Shown: positions 41,134-51,074 of the stretch, one piece after another
How the letters are laid out: each line of letters opens with the position of its first letter
Numbering within the stretch: the stretch's first letter is position 1
Assembly: GCA_965261595.1 (NCBI GenBank)
Contig: CBDHDG010000003.1
Coordinates: forward strand, 128,001 to 192,000
Direction: 5' to 3'
Source of the DNA: a bacterium
GTDB lineage: Bacteria; UBA8248; JACPRG01; G963555815
DNA length: 64,000 bases
Made by a program: the position numbers and the translations under genes
The notes under the pieces: model-generated
What the model was told of the DNA's origin: nothing
Database searches by the model: none
Seen by the model: the letters and a program-made list of their open reading frames with translations, nothing else

Positions 41134-42444
41134 TTGGCCGAGTCCTCCGATAAGACGAAAAACATTCGGGAAGATTTCCGGGAATACCTTTTCCCATGTA
41201 TTCGTCCGTTTTATGAAGAACCCCTTGTGATCGAGCGCGGCCATGGGGCAACGGTCGTGGACTCGGAGGGACGCGAGTATCTGGATTTCTTCGGGGGGAT
41301 TCTCACCACGGCCGTCGGCCACTGCCACCCCGAGGTCAAGGAACGGACGGTCGCTCAGATCAATAAGCTCCAGCACGTCTCGAATTCCTATCTCACCGAG
41401 CCGGCTGTGTCGCTGGCGAAAAAGCTCGCGGAGATCACGCCCGGCCGGCTGCGGAAAACCTTCTTCACCAACAGCGGCAGCGAAGCGGACGAGACCGCCG
41501 TCCTGGCGGCGCGCTGCTACACGGGGTCTTACGAAGTGGTGGCCATGCGCCACGGCTACAGCGGGCGGACCACCCTCGCCATGTCCATGATTGGCGATTC
41601 GCAGTACCGGCTTCCCGGGGCGGGCCTGGGAGCGGGCGTCGTTCACGTGGCCAACCCCTACTGCTATCGCTGTCCTTATGGACTGACGTACCCGAGCTGC
41701 GATCTGCATTGCGCCCGGGACGTGGAAGAGGTCATCCGCACATCGACGATGGGGACCATCGCGGCCTTCATCGCCGAGCCCATCCAGGGGGTCGGGGGGT
41801 TCATCGTTCCGCCCAAGGAATACTTCCAAGTGGTCGCCGAGATCGTTCGAAGGTACGGGGGCATTTTCATCTCCGATGAGGTCCAGACCGGATTCGGCCG
41901 GACGGGCGGGAAGATGTTCGGCATTGAACACTACGGCGTAGAGCCGGAAGTCATGACCTTCGCCAAGGCCCTGGGCAACGGGATGCCCATCGGGGCGACC
42001 ATCGCCGTCCCGGAGGTGGCCGACAGTGTCAAGGGGCGCTCCGTTTCCACGTTCGGCGGGAATCCGGTCTCCACCGAAACGGCGCTGGCGGTTCTCGACG
42101 TCATCATCAGGGAAGAGTTGGTTCACAACGCGCAGAAGGTCGGGGCCCTCATCCGTGAGCGGCTGGAAGACCTGAAGGAAAAATTTCCCGTCATCGGGGA
42201 CGTCCGGGGGATGGGGCTGATGCAGGGCATGGAATTGGTGAAAGAAGGAAAAGAGCCCGCGCCGCAGGCCGTGAACCGGATCTTCGAGGAGACGCGCAAG
42301 CGGGGGCTGCTGATCGGCAAAGGCGGCACGTACGGAAACTTCATCCGCTTCACACCGCCCCTCAACATCCATTCCTCCGACGCGGAGACGGCCCTGGACA
42401 TTCTGGAGGCTTCCATGGAGGCTTCCATGGATAGGGATGGTTGA
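41134..42444 (+). CDS. Class III (omega-amino acid) aminotransferase
   Basis: YLDFFGG, FFTNSGSEA, AEPIQGVGG, DEVQTGFGRTG, FAKALGNG, STFGGNP. Confidence 0.93.
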   Translation: MAESSDKTKNIREDFREYLFPCIRPFYEEPLVIERGHGATVVDSEGREYLDFFGGILTTAVGHCHPEVKERTVAQINKLQHVSNSYLTEPAVSLAKKLAEITPGRLRKTFFTNSGSEADETAVLAARCYTGSYEVVAMRHGYSGRTTLAMSMIGDSQYRLPGAGLGAGVVHVANPYCYRCPYGLTYPSCDLHCARDVEEVIRTSTMGTIAAFIAEPIQGVGGFIVPPKEYFQVVAEIVRRYGGIFISDEVQTGFGRTGGKMFGIEHYGVEPEVMTFAKALGNGMPIGATIAVPEVADSVKGRSVSTFGGNPVSTETALAVLDVIIREELVHNAQKVGALIRERLEDLKEKFPVIGDVRGMGLMQGMELVKEGKEPAPQAVNRIFEETRKRGLLIGKGGTYGNFIRFTPPLNIHSSDAETALDILEASMEASMDRDG

Positions 42445-42548
42445 GGAGCGGGCGGACGCGGCGAGGGCCGGATTTGTCCACCCGGCGGATTGACCCGGAG
42501 AAGCGGCCCCCCCCCTCCCTCCCCGTGGAGCTGATAGCGTTCCGGTTT

Positions 42549-44813
42549 TTACGATGCGGAAGCGAGGACTTTCTGGGCCGTGATGGGAAGGTCCCGGATT
42601 CGGACGCCGGTGGCGTGAAAGACCGCGTTGGCGACGGCCGCGGCGGCGGGATCGATGGGGGCCTCCGAAGCGCCCTTGGCCCCATAGGGCCCCAAGGGGT
42701 CGTTCGATTCAATCAGGATCGAATGCAAATGGCCTGTGTTCTCCGCCTTGGGGAGGACATAGTCGGCCAGGTTGCCGTTCACGGCTTGGCCCAGGGAGAA
42801 GGAAATCTCCTCCGTCAGCGCATAGCCCATCCCCTGGATCACAGCGCCTTGAACCTGTCCTTCCGCCAGGAGCGGGTTGAGGACGAACCCCACGTCGTCG
42901 GCCACCCAGACCCCCAATAGGCCGATTTCACCGGTCTCCATGTCCACCTCGACTTCCACGGCCATGGCGGTGAACTCATAGGAAGGCGCGAAGTTTCCGT
43001 ACAACTCCTTATCCAGGACAAAATCGCTGGGGGGGTCATAGGTTCCCCGGCCCACAACGGGTTGGCCGTTCTTGCGGAAAAGGTGGGCTTCGGCGGCCTC
43101 TCCCATCGAGACCTTCCGATCCGGCGCGTTTTGGATGAAAACGAATCCATCCTTGAGGTCCAGGTCGTCGGGGCGCGCTTCCAGCCGCTCGGCGGCCGCT
43201 TCCAGGAGCTGGCGGCGCGCGTCCCGCGCCGCCAAACGCGCGGCGTTCCCCCCGATGACCGTGAGGCGGCTCGCGTAAGCGCCGAAGCTCAAAGGGCTGT
43301 GGTCGGTGTCGGCGGATGAGAGGGTGACCTCTCGCATGGGCAGGTTCAACTCCTCCGCCACGATCTGGGCCAGAACCGTTTTGGCCCCCTGGCCGATGTC
43401 GCCTTCGCCGTAGACGATGTGCGCCGCCCCCTCGGCGTTGATCTTCACCTCCATGGACGAGCCGTCCCAATCGCCGTAGACGCGCGCGCCGCTGGTGTGG
43501 ATGGCCGCGGCCAGACCGACGCCCCTTCGTTTGACCCCTCCGCCCCGTTTTGCCCGCTTGGCTTTCCACCCGCACTTCTCCGTCACTTCCCGGATGCACT
43601 GTTTCAAGGCGCAGGATTCGAGCTTCCAGCCGTGGACGGTTGTGTCTCCGGCCTGCACGGCGTTCTTGAGCCGGAGCTCCGCCGGGTCCATGTCGATGGC
43701 GTCGGCCAGCAGGTCGATGTGCTGCTCCACCGCAAATCCCACCTGCGGATTTCCATACCCGCGGAAGGCGCCCTTGGGGATGGAGTGCGTATAGGCCAGG
43801 CGGCCTTCCGTGCGGATGTTCTTCATCCGGTAATGGTTGTCCATCCGCATGATTCCGGCCGCCAGGATGCCGAGGGCCTCCCCCACGTAGGCGCCGGCAT
43901 CGGCCAAGGCATGGCATTCCTTGGCGGTGATCGCGCCGTCCTTTCGGACGCCCATCCTGAGGGTGATCGCCATCGGGACCCGCGGCCGTCCCGCCTGAAA
44001 TTCATCGAGACGGGTGTTGAGCAGCTTCACGGGGACGCCGGTTTTTTGTGAAAGAAGCGCGGCAATCATGGGCAGGGGTTCGTCCCGCTTTCCCCCGAAA
44101 GACCCCCCGACGGTAGCCTGAACGACGCTCACCTTGGAGAGAGGGAGGCCCAGGGCTTTGGCCACCCGCTTTTGGGAGTAGAAGATGCCCTGGCAGGGCA
44201 TCCACAGTTTCACCCCTCCCCCTCCCTGAGCGTCCGCCCGCGCCAGCGCCCCCATGGGCTCCATGTAGGCCTGGGAAACGATGGAGGTCCGGTAGCTTTC
44301 TTCCAGGACGATGTCGGCTTCCCGCAGTCCGGCGTCCGGGTCCCCGCGCGCGAACTCGACCTTTCCGGCCAGGTTCCCCGATTCGTGGACCTTGGGGGAA
44401 AACTCCCGCAGGGCCTCTTCCGGGTCCAGGACCGCGGGCAAGGGCTCATACTCCACCTCGATCAATTCCATCGCGTCGAGCGCCGCCGCCTCATCCACCG
44501 CCGCCACCGCCGCCACTTCATGCCCCATGTAAAGGCTCCGGCCGACGGCCAGAACGGTCTGGTCCTCGATGACCGTGCCAAAGCGGATCGGGGGCGCGTC
44601 CTTTCCGGTGATGATGGCTTTCACGCCCGGCACCTTGAGGGCCCGGCGGATATCGATATCGGCAATCCGGGCGTGCGGGTGGGGGCTTCTGAGGATCTTC
44701 GCGTGGAGCATGCGCGGCAGGACCATGTCCCCTACATAAGGGACCGCTCCCCGGACTTTGAGGGGGGCGTCGATGGCGGGGATCGGTTTGCCGATCACGG
44801 AGAATTCGGGCAT
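42549..44813 (-). CDS. Xanthine-dehydrogenase-family molybdopterin-binding large subunit
   Basis: LRSPHPHA, GGSFGGK, AFRGYGNPQ, GQGAKT, EGQVQG, GAKGASE. Confidence 0.93.
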   Translation of the reverse strand: MPEFSVIGKPIPAIDAPLKVRGAVPYVGDMVLPRMLHAKILRSPHPHARIADIDIRRALKVPGVKAIITGKDAPPIRFGTVIEDQTVLAVGRSLYMGHEVAAVAAVDEAAALDAMELIEVEYEPLPAVLDPEEALREFSPKVHESGNLAGKVEFARGDPDAGLREADIVLEESYRTSIVSQAYMEPMGALARADAQGGGGVKLWMPCQGIFYSQKRVAKALGLPLSKVSVVQATVGGSFGGKRDEPLPMIAALLSQKTGVPVKLLNTRLDEFQAGRPRVPMAITLRMGVRKDGAITAKECHALADAGAYVGEALGILAAGIMRMDNHYRMKNIRTEGRLAYTHSIPKGAFRGYGNPQVGFAVEQHIDLLADAIDMDPAELRLKNAVQAGDTTVHGWKLESCALKQCIREVTEKCGWKAKRAKRGGGVKRRGVGLAAAIHTSGARVYGDWDGSSMEVKINAEGAAHIVYGEGDIGQGAKTVLAQIVAEELNLPMREVTLSSADTDHSPLSFGAYASRLTVIGGNAARLAARDARRQLLEAAAERLEARPDDLDLKDGFVFIQNAPDRKVSMGEAAEAHLFRKNGQPVVGRGTYDPPSDFVLDKELYGNFAPSYEFTAMAVEVEVDMETGEIGLLGVWVADDVGFVLNPLLAEGQVQGAVIQGMGYALTEEISFSLGQAVNGNLADYVLPKAENTGHLHSILIESNDPLGPYGAKGASEAPIDPAAAAVANAVFHATGVRIRDLPITAQKVLASAS

Positions 44814-45055
44814 GGTCCTATGCCTTTGAGCCGGGCCCCGCCGGAGGTGAATCGGGGGCGATCGACCGCGACGCCGAACGGTCCGGACGGGACATCCGAA
44901 ACCGTCCGACACGCATCGCCCGGCAAGGGATCGAGGGTTTCCGGGTTGTCGATACGAAGATGAAGGGTCCGGGCGTCGGGAGCGGCATGTCGCGCCCCCC
45001 CCTTCCCCCAGGCCCTCCCGCGCGGGGCTTCGCCCTCGCCCGGGAACGGTTCTCT

Positions 45056-46843
45056 CTACGCTTCCCTCTCGGCCCGGAGCTTCTCCGTGGCTTTGAGGTC
45101 GACCTCGAGAGTTTTCGGGTCGATGACGACGCCATAGTCTTTTTCCGCCGCCTCGATGGACAGGACCTCATTGAGGACGTCTTCTCCGACCAGTTCTTGG
45201 GGTCTTTCCAGCGGGGACCCGACGCCCCCTCCGCCGCTGCATTTGGCCGTGAGGATGTCCCCCTTGGTGTACTGGACCTGAGACATGGTCCGGAAGGGGA
45301 TCCGCTCTCCGTCCCGCTCAAAATAGATGTCGTGATAGATCCCTTCCTTGCCCCCGTCCTGGCCGAAGGCCCGGAATTGCTGCCCGGAGGAGGTTCCCGT
45401 ATTGACGTACACGCGGCCTTCGTTCTCGTTGACCATGGCGTAGTGGGTGCCCACCCCCCCGCGCCACCTGCCGGCGCCGGCCGAGTCTTTCAGGTAGCCG
45501 TATTGCAGGATGCGCCAAGGGGTCATGATCTCGGTGATCTCGGCGGTGTTTTTCGTGACGCCCCCCGCGATGATGGGCGGCGTCACGTGGGGCCACCCGT
45601 CGTAGCCCCAGATGGCCCCGCTTCCGCCGTCCGGTCCGAAGAAGGTGAAGTAGTACTTGCGATAATCCCCCGCTTCCTCATCGAACTCGCGGCCGTCGTC
45701 TCCGAACGTCACGAAGGAAACGTGGGGGGCCCACATCGCGCTGACCGTCTCGGGCATAGCCTTGCCCAGGGCCATCTGAATCGCCTCGATGAGCTCGCCC
45801 CCCAGATGGCAGTTGCATCCCCCGATGGTGGCCGGATACCTGGCGTTCACGCACGTCCCCTCCGGGGCGATGATCTTGATGGGCTTGCAGCTTCCCTCAT
45901 TGAAGGAGATGTCCGGATCCACCGACATGAGGATGGGGATGTACGTGCAGGCGTGGTTCACGGCGAGCGGGGTGCTGATGAAGGCGGCCAACTTGTCGCT
46001 GCCCGTCCAATCGACGATCATCTCATCGCCTTGAATGGTGACTTTGACCCTCACATAGACTGGCTCGTCCGTCGTCCCGTCCCAGTCGCAGCCGCTTTCC
46101 CCCTGATAAATCCCGTCCGGCATCTTGGAGATTTCGGCCCGCATGGCCTGCTCGGAGGAATCCAGCAGGGCCTGCTGGCACGCGAGCATGGTTTCCTGTC
46201 CCATCGTCTGACACAGCCGGATGAGCTCCTCCTCCGCGCGCTTGGTCGCCCCCATCATGGCCATGTTGTCCATGGCGACCACATCGGGCCAGCGGACGTT
46301 GTTGAGGATGAAGTCGTAGACGGGCTGCCTTTCGCCCCGCTCGAAGATCTTCGTGTAGTCGATGCGCAGGCCTTCGCTGTGGATGTCGTAGCCGTAGGGG
46401 AAGTACCCCCCCGGATACGCGCCTCCGGTGTCCTGCTGGTGCCCTTTGAGCAGCGTGAAGAAAATCAGCTCGTCTTCATAGAAGACCGGCCGGATGATGG
46501 ACCAGTCGGGCAGGTGGGAGCCGCCGGCCTGATAGGGGTCATTGGCGAGAAAAATGTCGCCCGGGTAGATCTTGCCCTTGAACTTTTCCGCCAAAGGCGC
46601 CACTTGCGACTTGGCGACGGCGACGTGCAAAGGCATCCAGGACTTGATGGAAAGAAGCCGCCCCTGGGCGTCAAACACCCCGGGGGAGAAATCGTTGCAC
46701 TCCATCAGGATGAAGCATTGCCCCGAATGCTTGAGGACGCTCCCCATGAGATCGCAGGTGTACAGGATCTTGTGCTGGAGAATGGCCACGTCCATCGGAT
46801 CCACCTGCAGGGCATTCATTGAATCCGCTTGTCGACTCGCCAT
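45056..46843 (-). CDS. Hydantoinase B/oxoprolinase-family subunit
   Basis: NDPYQAGGSHLPD, HQQDTGG, EGLRI, DSAGAGRWRGG, GGGGVGSP. Confidence 0.93.
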   Translation of the reverse strand: MASRQADSMNALQVDPMDVAILQHKILYTCDLMGSVLKHSGQCFILMECNDFSPGVFDAQGRLLSIKSWMPLHVAVAKSQVAPLAEKFKGKIYPGDIFLANDPYQAGGSHLPDWSIIRPVFYEDELIFFTLLKGHQQDTGGAYPGGYFPYGYDIHSEGLRIDYTKIFERGERQPVYDFILNNVRWPDVVAMDNMAMMGATKRAEEELIRLCQTMGQETMLACQQALLDSSEQAMRAEISKMPDGIYQGESGCDWDGTTDEPVYVRVKVTIQGDEMIVDWTGSDKLAAFISTPLAVNHACTYIPILMSVDPDISFNEGSCKPIKIIAPEGTCVNARYPATIGGCNCHLGGELIEAIQMALGKAMPETVSAMWAPHVSFVTFGDDGREFDEEAGDYRKYYFTFFGPDGGSGAIWGYDGWPHVTPPIIAGGVTKNTAEITEIMTPWRILQYGYLKDSAGAGRWRGGVGTHYAMVNENEGRVYVNTGTSSGQQFRAFGQDGGKEGIYHDIYFERDGERIPFRTMSQVQYTKGDILTAKCSGGGGVGSPLERPQELVGEDVLNEVLSIEAAEKDYGVVIDPKTLEVDLKATEKLRAEREA

Positions 46844-46978
46844 GTTTTCCCTCTCCCTTGGACGCGGAGTCTCAGCCGCGGGGTCTTGTTTTCTTGTTCC
46901 CTCCGCATCCGGCTGCGGAGAGAACGGTCGGGATTTCCCTGCCGGGGCGCTCTCGGTGTTTCCCTTGGACCGATTCCC

Positions 46979-49057
46979 CTACAACGGCACTTCCATCACA
47001 TAGTTCCCGTAAGGGTCGACCTCGCACTTGAAATCAGGGGGAACGGCAACCGTCGTAAACGGCTCCTCGATGATGGCCGGTCCGGTGATCCGGTCGCCCG
47101 CGCGTATCCCGTTTCCATCATAAATTTGGGTTTCCCGGAAATCCTTAACGTTGCTGAAGTAAACGGGCCGGGGGGTTCCCAAAGCCCTCGATGGATCGGC
47201 CCCGTCCGATCCCATCGGCTTCAGCCGGGGTTTTTCCATCCGTCCGACGGCCACGAGCTTGTAGTTCATCATCTCGGTGGGTTTGTCCTCCACGGAGAAG
47301 GCGTACAGATCCTGGTGAAGCAGGTGGAAGCGTTCCACAACCTCTTCGACGGACGCCCGGGTGATTCGGCCGTTTGAAACCGGGACCTCGATCTCGTAGA
47401 ACTGCCCCCGGTAGCGCATGTCCAGGGAGCGCAGAAACTCCATGTTCTCCGGGGCCACCCCCTCCTCTTCGAGGGTGGCCATGCCGCGCTCTTCCATCTC
47501 CTGGAAGATGCCGTTGATCCGGTCCAAATCGGCCGCTTCCGTTGTCGTGTAATAGGAGTGGACATAGTTGTGGCGGAGGTCGGAGAGGAGCATGCCGAAC
47601 GCGCAATAGGTGCTGGCGCCCTTGGGGGCGACCACGTAGGGGATCCGCAGGTCCAGCGCGATGTCGGCCGCGTGGGCGGGGCCGAGGCCGCCGCCCATGA
47701 GAAGGGTGAAATCCCGCACGTCGAGCCCGCGCCGGTGGGCGGCATTGGCGATCGCCCCGGCCACGATGGTGTTGGTCACGGCGTAAACGGCCTGGGCGGC
47801 CTCGGTCACACTCAGCTCCAGGGGGTCCGCGATCTTCTTCCGCAGAACCGTCTCGGCCGCCTCCCGGTCGAGGTTCATTTTTCCCCCGAGGATGTGTCCG
47901 GACGGCAGGATCCCCAGGATAAGGTCGGTGTCCGTCACCGTCGGTTCTTCCCCCCCCCGGCCGTAGCATGCCGGGCCGGGAGAGGCGCCGGCCGAGCGGG
48001 GGCCCACCCGAAGGATCCCGCCGGCGTCCAGTGAGGCGATGCTCCCGCCGCCGGCCCCGATGTGGTGGAGATCGATGGAGGGGCAGGCATTGGTGTAGTC
48101 CCCGATGCTTTTGTAGATCCCCCCCCGGGAGATCATCGGAATTTTCTGATCCTCGATGTAGACAACGTCGCAGCTCGTCCCCCCCATGTCTACGCTGAGC
48201 AGGTTCTTCTTTCCGGCCCCTTCCCCCACCGCGATGGCGGCCGGAACGCTTGCGGCCGGTCCGGAGGAAATGCACGTTACGGGGCGGCTGATGGCCTCAC
48301 GCCAGGACTGAACGCCCCCGTTGGACTGCATGATGAGGAACGTCCCCTCAAAGCCGATCTCTCTCAGGGACCCGTCCAAAGAGGTCAGGTATTTTTTCAG
48401 GCGCGGCCCGATATAGGCGTCCAGCGCCGTGGTGCTGATCCGTTCGTACTCCCTCACCTGGGGGGAGACCTGGCAGGAGAGGCTGATGAAGGCGTCGGGC
48501 ATTTCTTCGCGGATGATCTCTCCCACCCTTTGTTCGTGATCGGGGTGAAGAAAGCTGAACAGGAAGCAGACGGCGATGGCCTCGACCCCCTTTTTCTTGA
48601 GGGTCCGGACCGCCTCGCGGGCCGCATCTTCGTCCAGGGGGGTGAGAACTTCCCCGGTGTGCACGATGCGCTCGGGGACTTCCATCCGCATGTGCCTCGG
48701 GGAGAGGGGTTTGGGAAAGTCCACCCGCCAGTTGAAGGTGTCGTCCTTCATGCCCCTGCGGAATTCCAGGATGTCCCGGAAACCGGCTGTGGTGATGACG
48801 CCGATCGTGGCGCCCGTCAGGGTGAGGACGGTGTTGGTGGCGACCGTCGTCCCGTGGACGATGAGGTCCACTTCCCCGAGAAAGGACCGGACGGGCCGGA
48901 TGTAGGTCTCCGCCAATTTTTCCATCCCGATCATCACCCCCCGCGAGAAGTCGTCGGGGGTGGAAGATTCCTTGGTGTGCCGCATTTCTCCGGTTTCATC
49001 GATGCAGACGAAATCGGTGAACGTTCCGCCGCAATCAATGCCGATCCGAAACCCCAT
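46979..49057 (-). CDS. Hydantoinase A/oxoprolinase-family ATP-binding subunit
   Basis: IGIDCGGTFTD, HGTTVATN, SGPAA, DMGGTS, IGAGGGS, PGPACYG, PTVTD. Confidence 0.95.
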   Translation of the reverse strand: MGFRIGIDCGGTFTDFVCIDETGEMRHTKESSTPDDFSRGVMIGMEKLAETYIRPVRSFLGEVDLIVHGTTVATNTVLTLTGATIGVITTAGFRDILEFRRGMKDDTFNWRVDFPKPLSPRHMRMEVPERIVHTGEVLTPLDEDAAREAVRTLKKKGVEAIAVCFLFSFLHPDHEQRVGEIIREEMPDAFISLSCQVSPQVREYERISTTALDAYIGPRLKKYLTSLDGSLREIGFEGTFLIMQSNGGVQSWREAISRPVTCISSGPAASVPAAIAVGEGAGKKNLLSVDMGGTSCDVVYIEDQKIPMISRGGIYKSIGDYTNACPSIDLHHIGAGGGSIASLDAGGILRVGPRSAGASPGPACYGRGGEEPTVTDTDLILGILPSGHILGGKMNLDREAAETVLRKKIADPLELSVTEAAQAVYAVTNTIVAGAIANAAHRRGLDVRDFTLLMGGGLGPAHAADIALDLRIPYVVAPKGASTYCAFGMLLSDLRHNYVHSYYTTTEAADLDRINGIFQEMEERGMATLEEEGVAPENMEFLRSLDMRYRGQFYEIEVPVSNGRITRASVEEVVERFHLLHQDLYAFSVEDKPTEMMNYKLVAVGRMEKPRLKPMGSDGADPSRALGTPRPVYFSNVKDFRETQIYDGNGIRAGDRITGPAIIEEPFTTVAVPPDFKCEVDPYGNYVMEVPL

Positions 49058-49600
49058 CTTCTATCTCCTCGATTTCTTCCTTGCCGGCCGCCTTGCCCAA
49101 GGGATGGAGACAAACCTGAATTTCGGCGGGCGCCGACGCAAAATCTTTCGGGCGCGACTCATCCGCCTTGATTCAAGCCCGTTGGGACATCGGTGAGGCG
49201 CGCTTCAGAACAGACCGCTCCTCGAAGTGTTCTCATTCAGTTTGCCCAAAATCCCCGTTTTCTGATGGGTCCATCCGGTGAGGTTTTCCAGGGTTCCGGC
49301 GGCCGCTCAAATCACGCGCCAACTCTCAGGTTTCATGCCCGCCAGCCACGCGATAGAAGGGTAATTCTGTTGCAAATCCACGCGGATTGCAAGAGGCGGA
49401 TGGACGCCGCTTGGGATGACGGATTGAAGGAGCTCCCTGGCGGCGCCCGTTGTCGGGTTCCTAAGGGCCGGTCGATCTCCAAACTTGCGAGTGCAAAATC
49501 TTACAGGTTTCCTCACCCACGGCTTGGGTCATCTCCCTGACTGTCCGGCCACCGCTGAGAACCTTCGCGGGCCTGCGAGAAAATTCTGGTATATTGGCTT

Positions 49601-49651
49601 TGAACAAGGCCGGTGGGATGATTGTCCGGCGAAAATCCAGGCCATTTCCCT
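49601..49651 (+). repeat. 51-bp dispersed repeat, second copy at 55327-55377
   Basis: 45/51 identical, with weaker similarity extending about 40 bp upstream. Confidence 0.7.
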
Positions 49652-49667
49652 CTCGGGGGAATCGAGA

Positions 49668-50258
49668 ATGACAAGACGGCCGAGATGGCGGTTCCTGGTC
49701 CCGTTTTCCGCGTTTCTGATGGTTCTGTGGGGGTGTGTGCCGGAGCCCCCCCGGGTGGACCCCTTCGCGAATCTCCCCCATGGCAAGGTTCAACAAACCG
49801 ATCTTGTTCTCGCGATCGTGACTTCTCAGAATACGAAAAACGCCATTAAATACCTCGAAAAAAACAGGAACATCGCCAGCACCTGGGGGACCGCCGCCTC
49901 GCGCGACGACCTGGACGCCGGCCCGCTGGTCAACGGCCTGAGCCGGGCGCTCAATCAGAGATTTTCGCGCGTGGTTCGGGTGGGTGATCCCGCGCAAGCG
50001 AAGAGCGTCGGGGGCCATGTCATCGCCGTGGTTGATCTGTACTTTAAGTTGGGAAAGCTGTCGTTTCAGACCACGCAGGTCGATTTGAAGGTCTTTTTCA
50101 CCCAGCTGGATTCCAGGCCGATCGAGACCATCAGCGTGGTGGGAAAGTCGACGGTTCCCTATCCCGCCTGGACCTTCCGGTTCAAACAAGCCGCAAACCA
50201 AGCTTTGGCCGGATTTGTCGATTCTCTTTCGGATTCAGGATCTTCCCTCAAGACCTGA
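49668..50258 (+). CDS. Hypothetical lipoprotein
   Basis: Basic N-terminus, hydrophobic stretch and a LWGC lipobox-like motif. Confidence 0.65.
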   Translation: MTRRPRWRFLVPFSAFLMVLWGCVPEPPRVDPFANLPHGKVQQTDLVLAIVTSQNTKNAIKYLEKNRNIASTWGTAASRDDLDAGPLVNGLSRALNQRFSRVVRVGDPAQAKSVGGHVIAVVDLYFKLGKLSFQTTQVDLKVFFTQLDSRPIETISVVGKSTVPYPAWTFRFKQAANQALAGFVDSLSDSGSSLKT

Positions 50259-50294
50259 CTCGGTTCTTCCCCTCGCCTTCGGCGGAGCACTACG

Positions 50295-50987
50295 GTGGAA
50301 AAGAAAATAACACAGGATAAGTTTCCTTCCCGGCGTCGGGTCCTGCTCTCCGGGGCGGCCCTGATGGGGGGCGCGATGCTCCTCCCGGATGAGGTGTTCG
50401 GCGCCGCAAAACCGGTTCGCACACCGGCGCAAGGCGAAGGACCTTTTTATCCCGACGCCCTGCCCTTGGATCAGGACAACGACCTGGTTTCCGTGCGGGG
50501 GCGGCGGGCGCCGGCCAAAGGGCGGATCACGCACATTCTCGGCCGGCTTCGGGACGTGGACGGCCGGCTCATCCGCCGGGCGCGCATCGAGATCTGGCAA
50601 TGCGACGCGCTCGGACGCTACATCCACACGGCCGACCCCGGCCGAGGGCCCCGCGATCCCAACTTCCAGGGTTTTGGCCATACGCTCACCGACGATGACG
50701 GCCGTTACCGGTTCAGGACCATCAAGCCTGTGCCCTATCCCAGGCGGACGCCGCACATCCATTTCGCCGTGAAGGGGAAGGGCTTTCCCCGTCTGACGAC
50801 GCAGATGTACGTCGAAGGAGAACCCCTCAACGAGCGCGATTTTCTGCTGAGCCGCATCCGGAACGAAGAAGCGAGACGCGCCGTAATCGTTCCGTTGGAA
50901 AGGGCCTCGAAATCCGGAGACGGAGGAGGAGCGCTGATTGGCAGATTCGATATCGTTTTGGGGAGCGGGTTGGGGGTTCTTGAATAG
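50295..50987 (+). CDS. Intradiol ring-cleavage dioxygenase-family protein with a Tat-like signal
   Basis: SRRRVL signal; EGPFYP, EIWQCD..GRY, RFRTIKP.PY, PHIH. Confidence 0.9.
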   Translation: MEKKITQDKFPSRRRVLLSGAALMGGAMLLPDEVFGAAKPVRTPAQGEGPFYPDALPLDQDNDLVSVRGRRAPAKGRITHILGRLRDVDGRLIRRARIEIWQCDALGRYIHTADPGRGPRDPNFQGFGHTLTDDDGRYRFRTIKPVPYPRRTPHIHFAVKGKGFPRLTTQMYVEGEPLNERDFLLSRIRNEEARRAVIVPLERASKSGDGGGALIGRFDIVLGSGLGVLE

Positions 50988-51074
50988 CCTGGAGGATCAG
51001 GCCTCGACCTTTCGTTCGGAATGATAAGTCGAGCGCGATTCACACCTGGAGAGAGAGTCCATTGACGGAGCTTT

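Noticed and set aside
42406..42432. 12-bp tandem repeat GAGGCTTCCATG at the aminotransferase 3' end
   Set aside because: Trivial in-frame duplication in a variable tail.
38026..46822. Long antisense or alternate-frame ORFs (e.g. 38026-39699 minus, 40969-42372 minus, 44960-46822 plus)
   Set aside because: Shadow ORFs of well-supported genes in high-GC DNA, with no motifs.
49284..49345. GGTTTTCCAGGGTTCCG resembling the 5' end of a ykkC/guanidine-I riboswitch
   Set aside because: The downstream conserved elements (GGTCCGAG and the GGGA-AAAAGCCCGGGAG tail) are absent.
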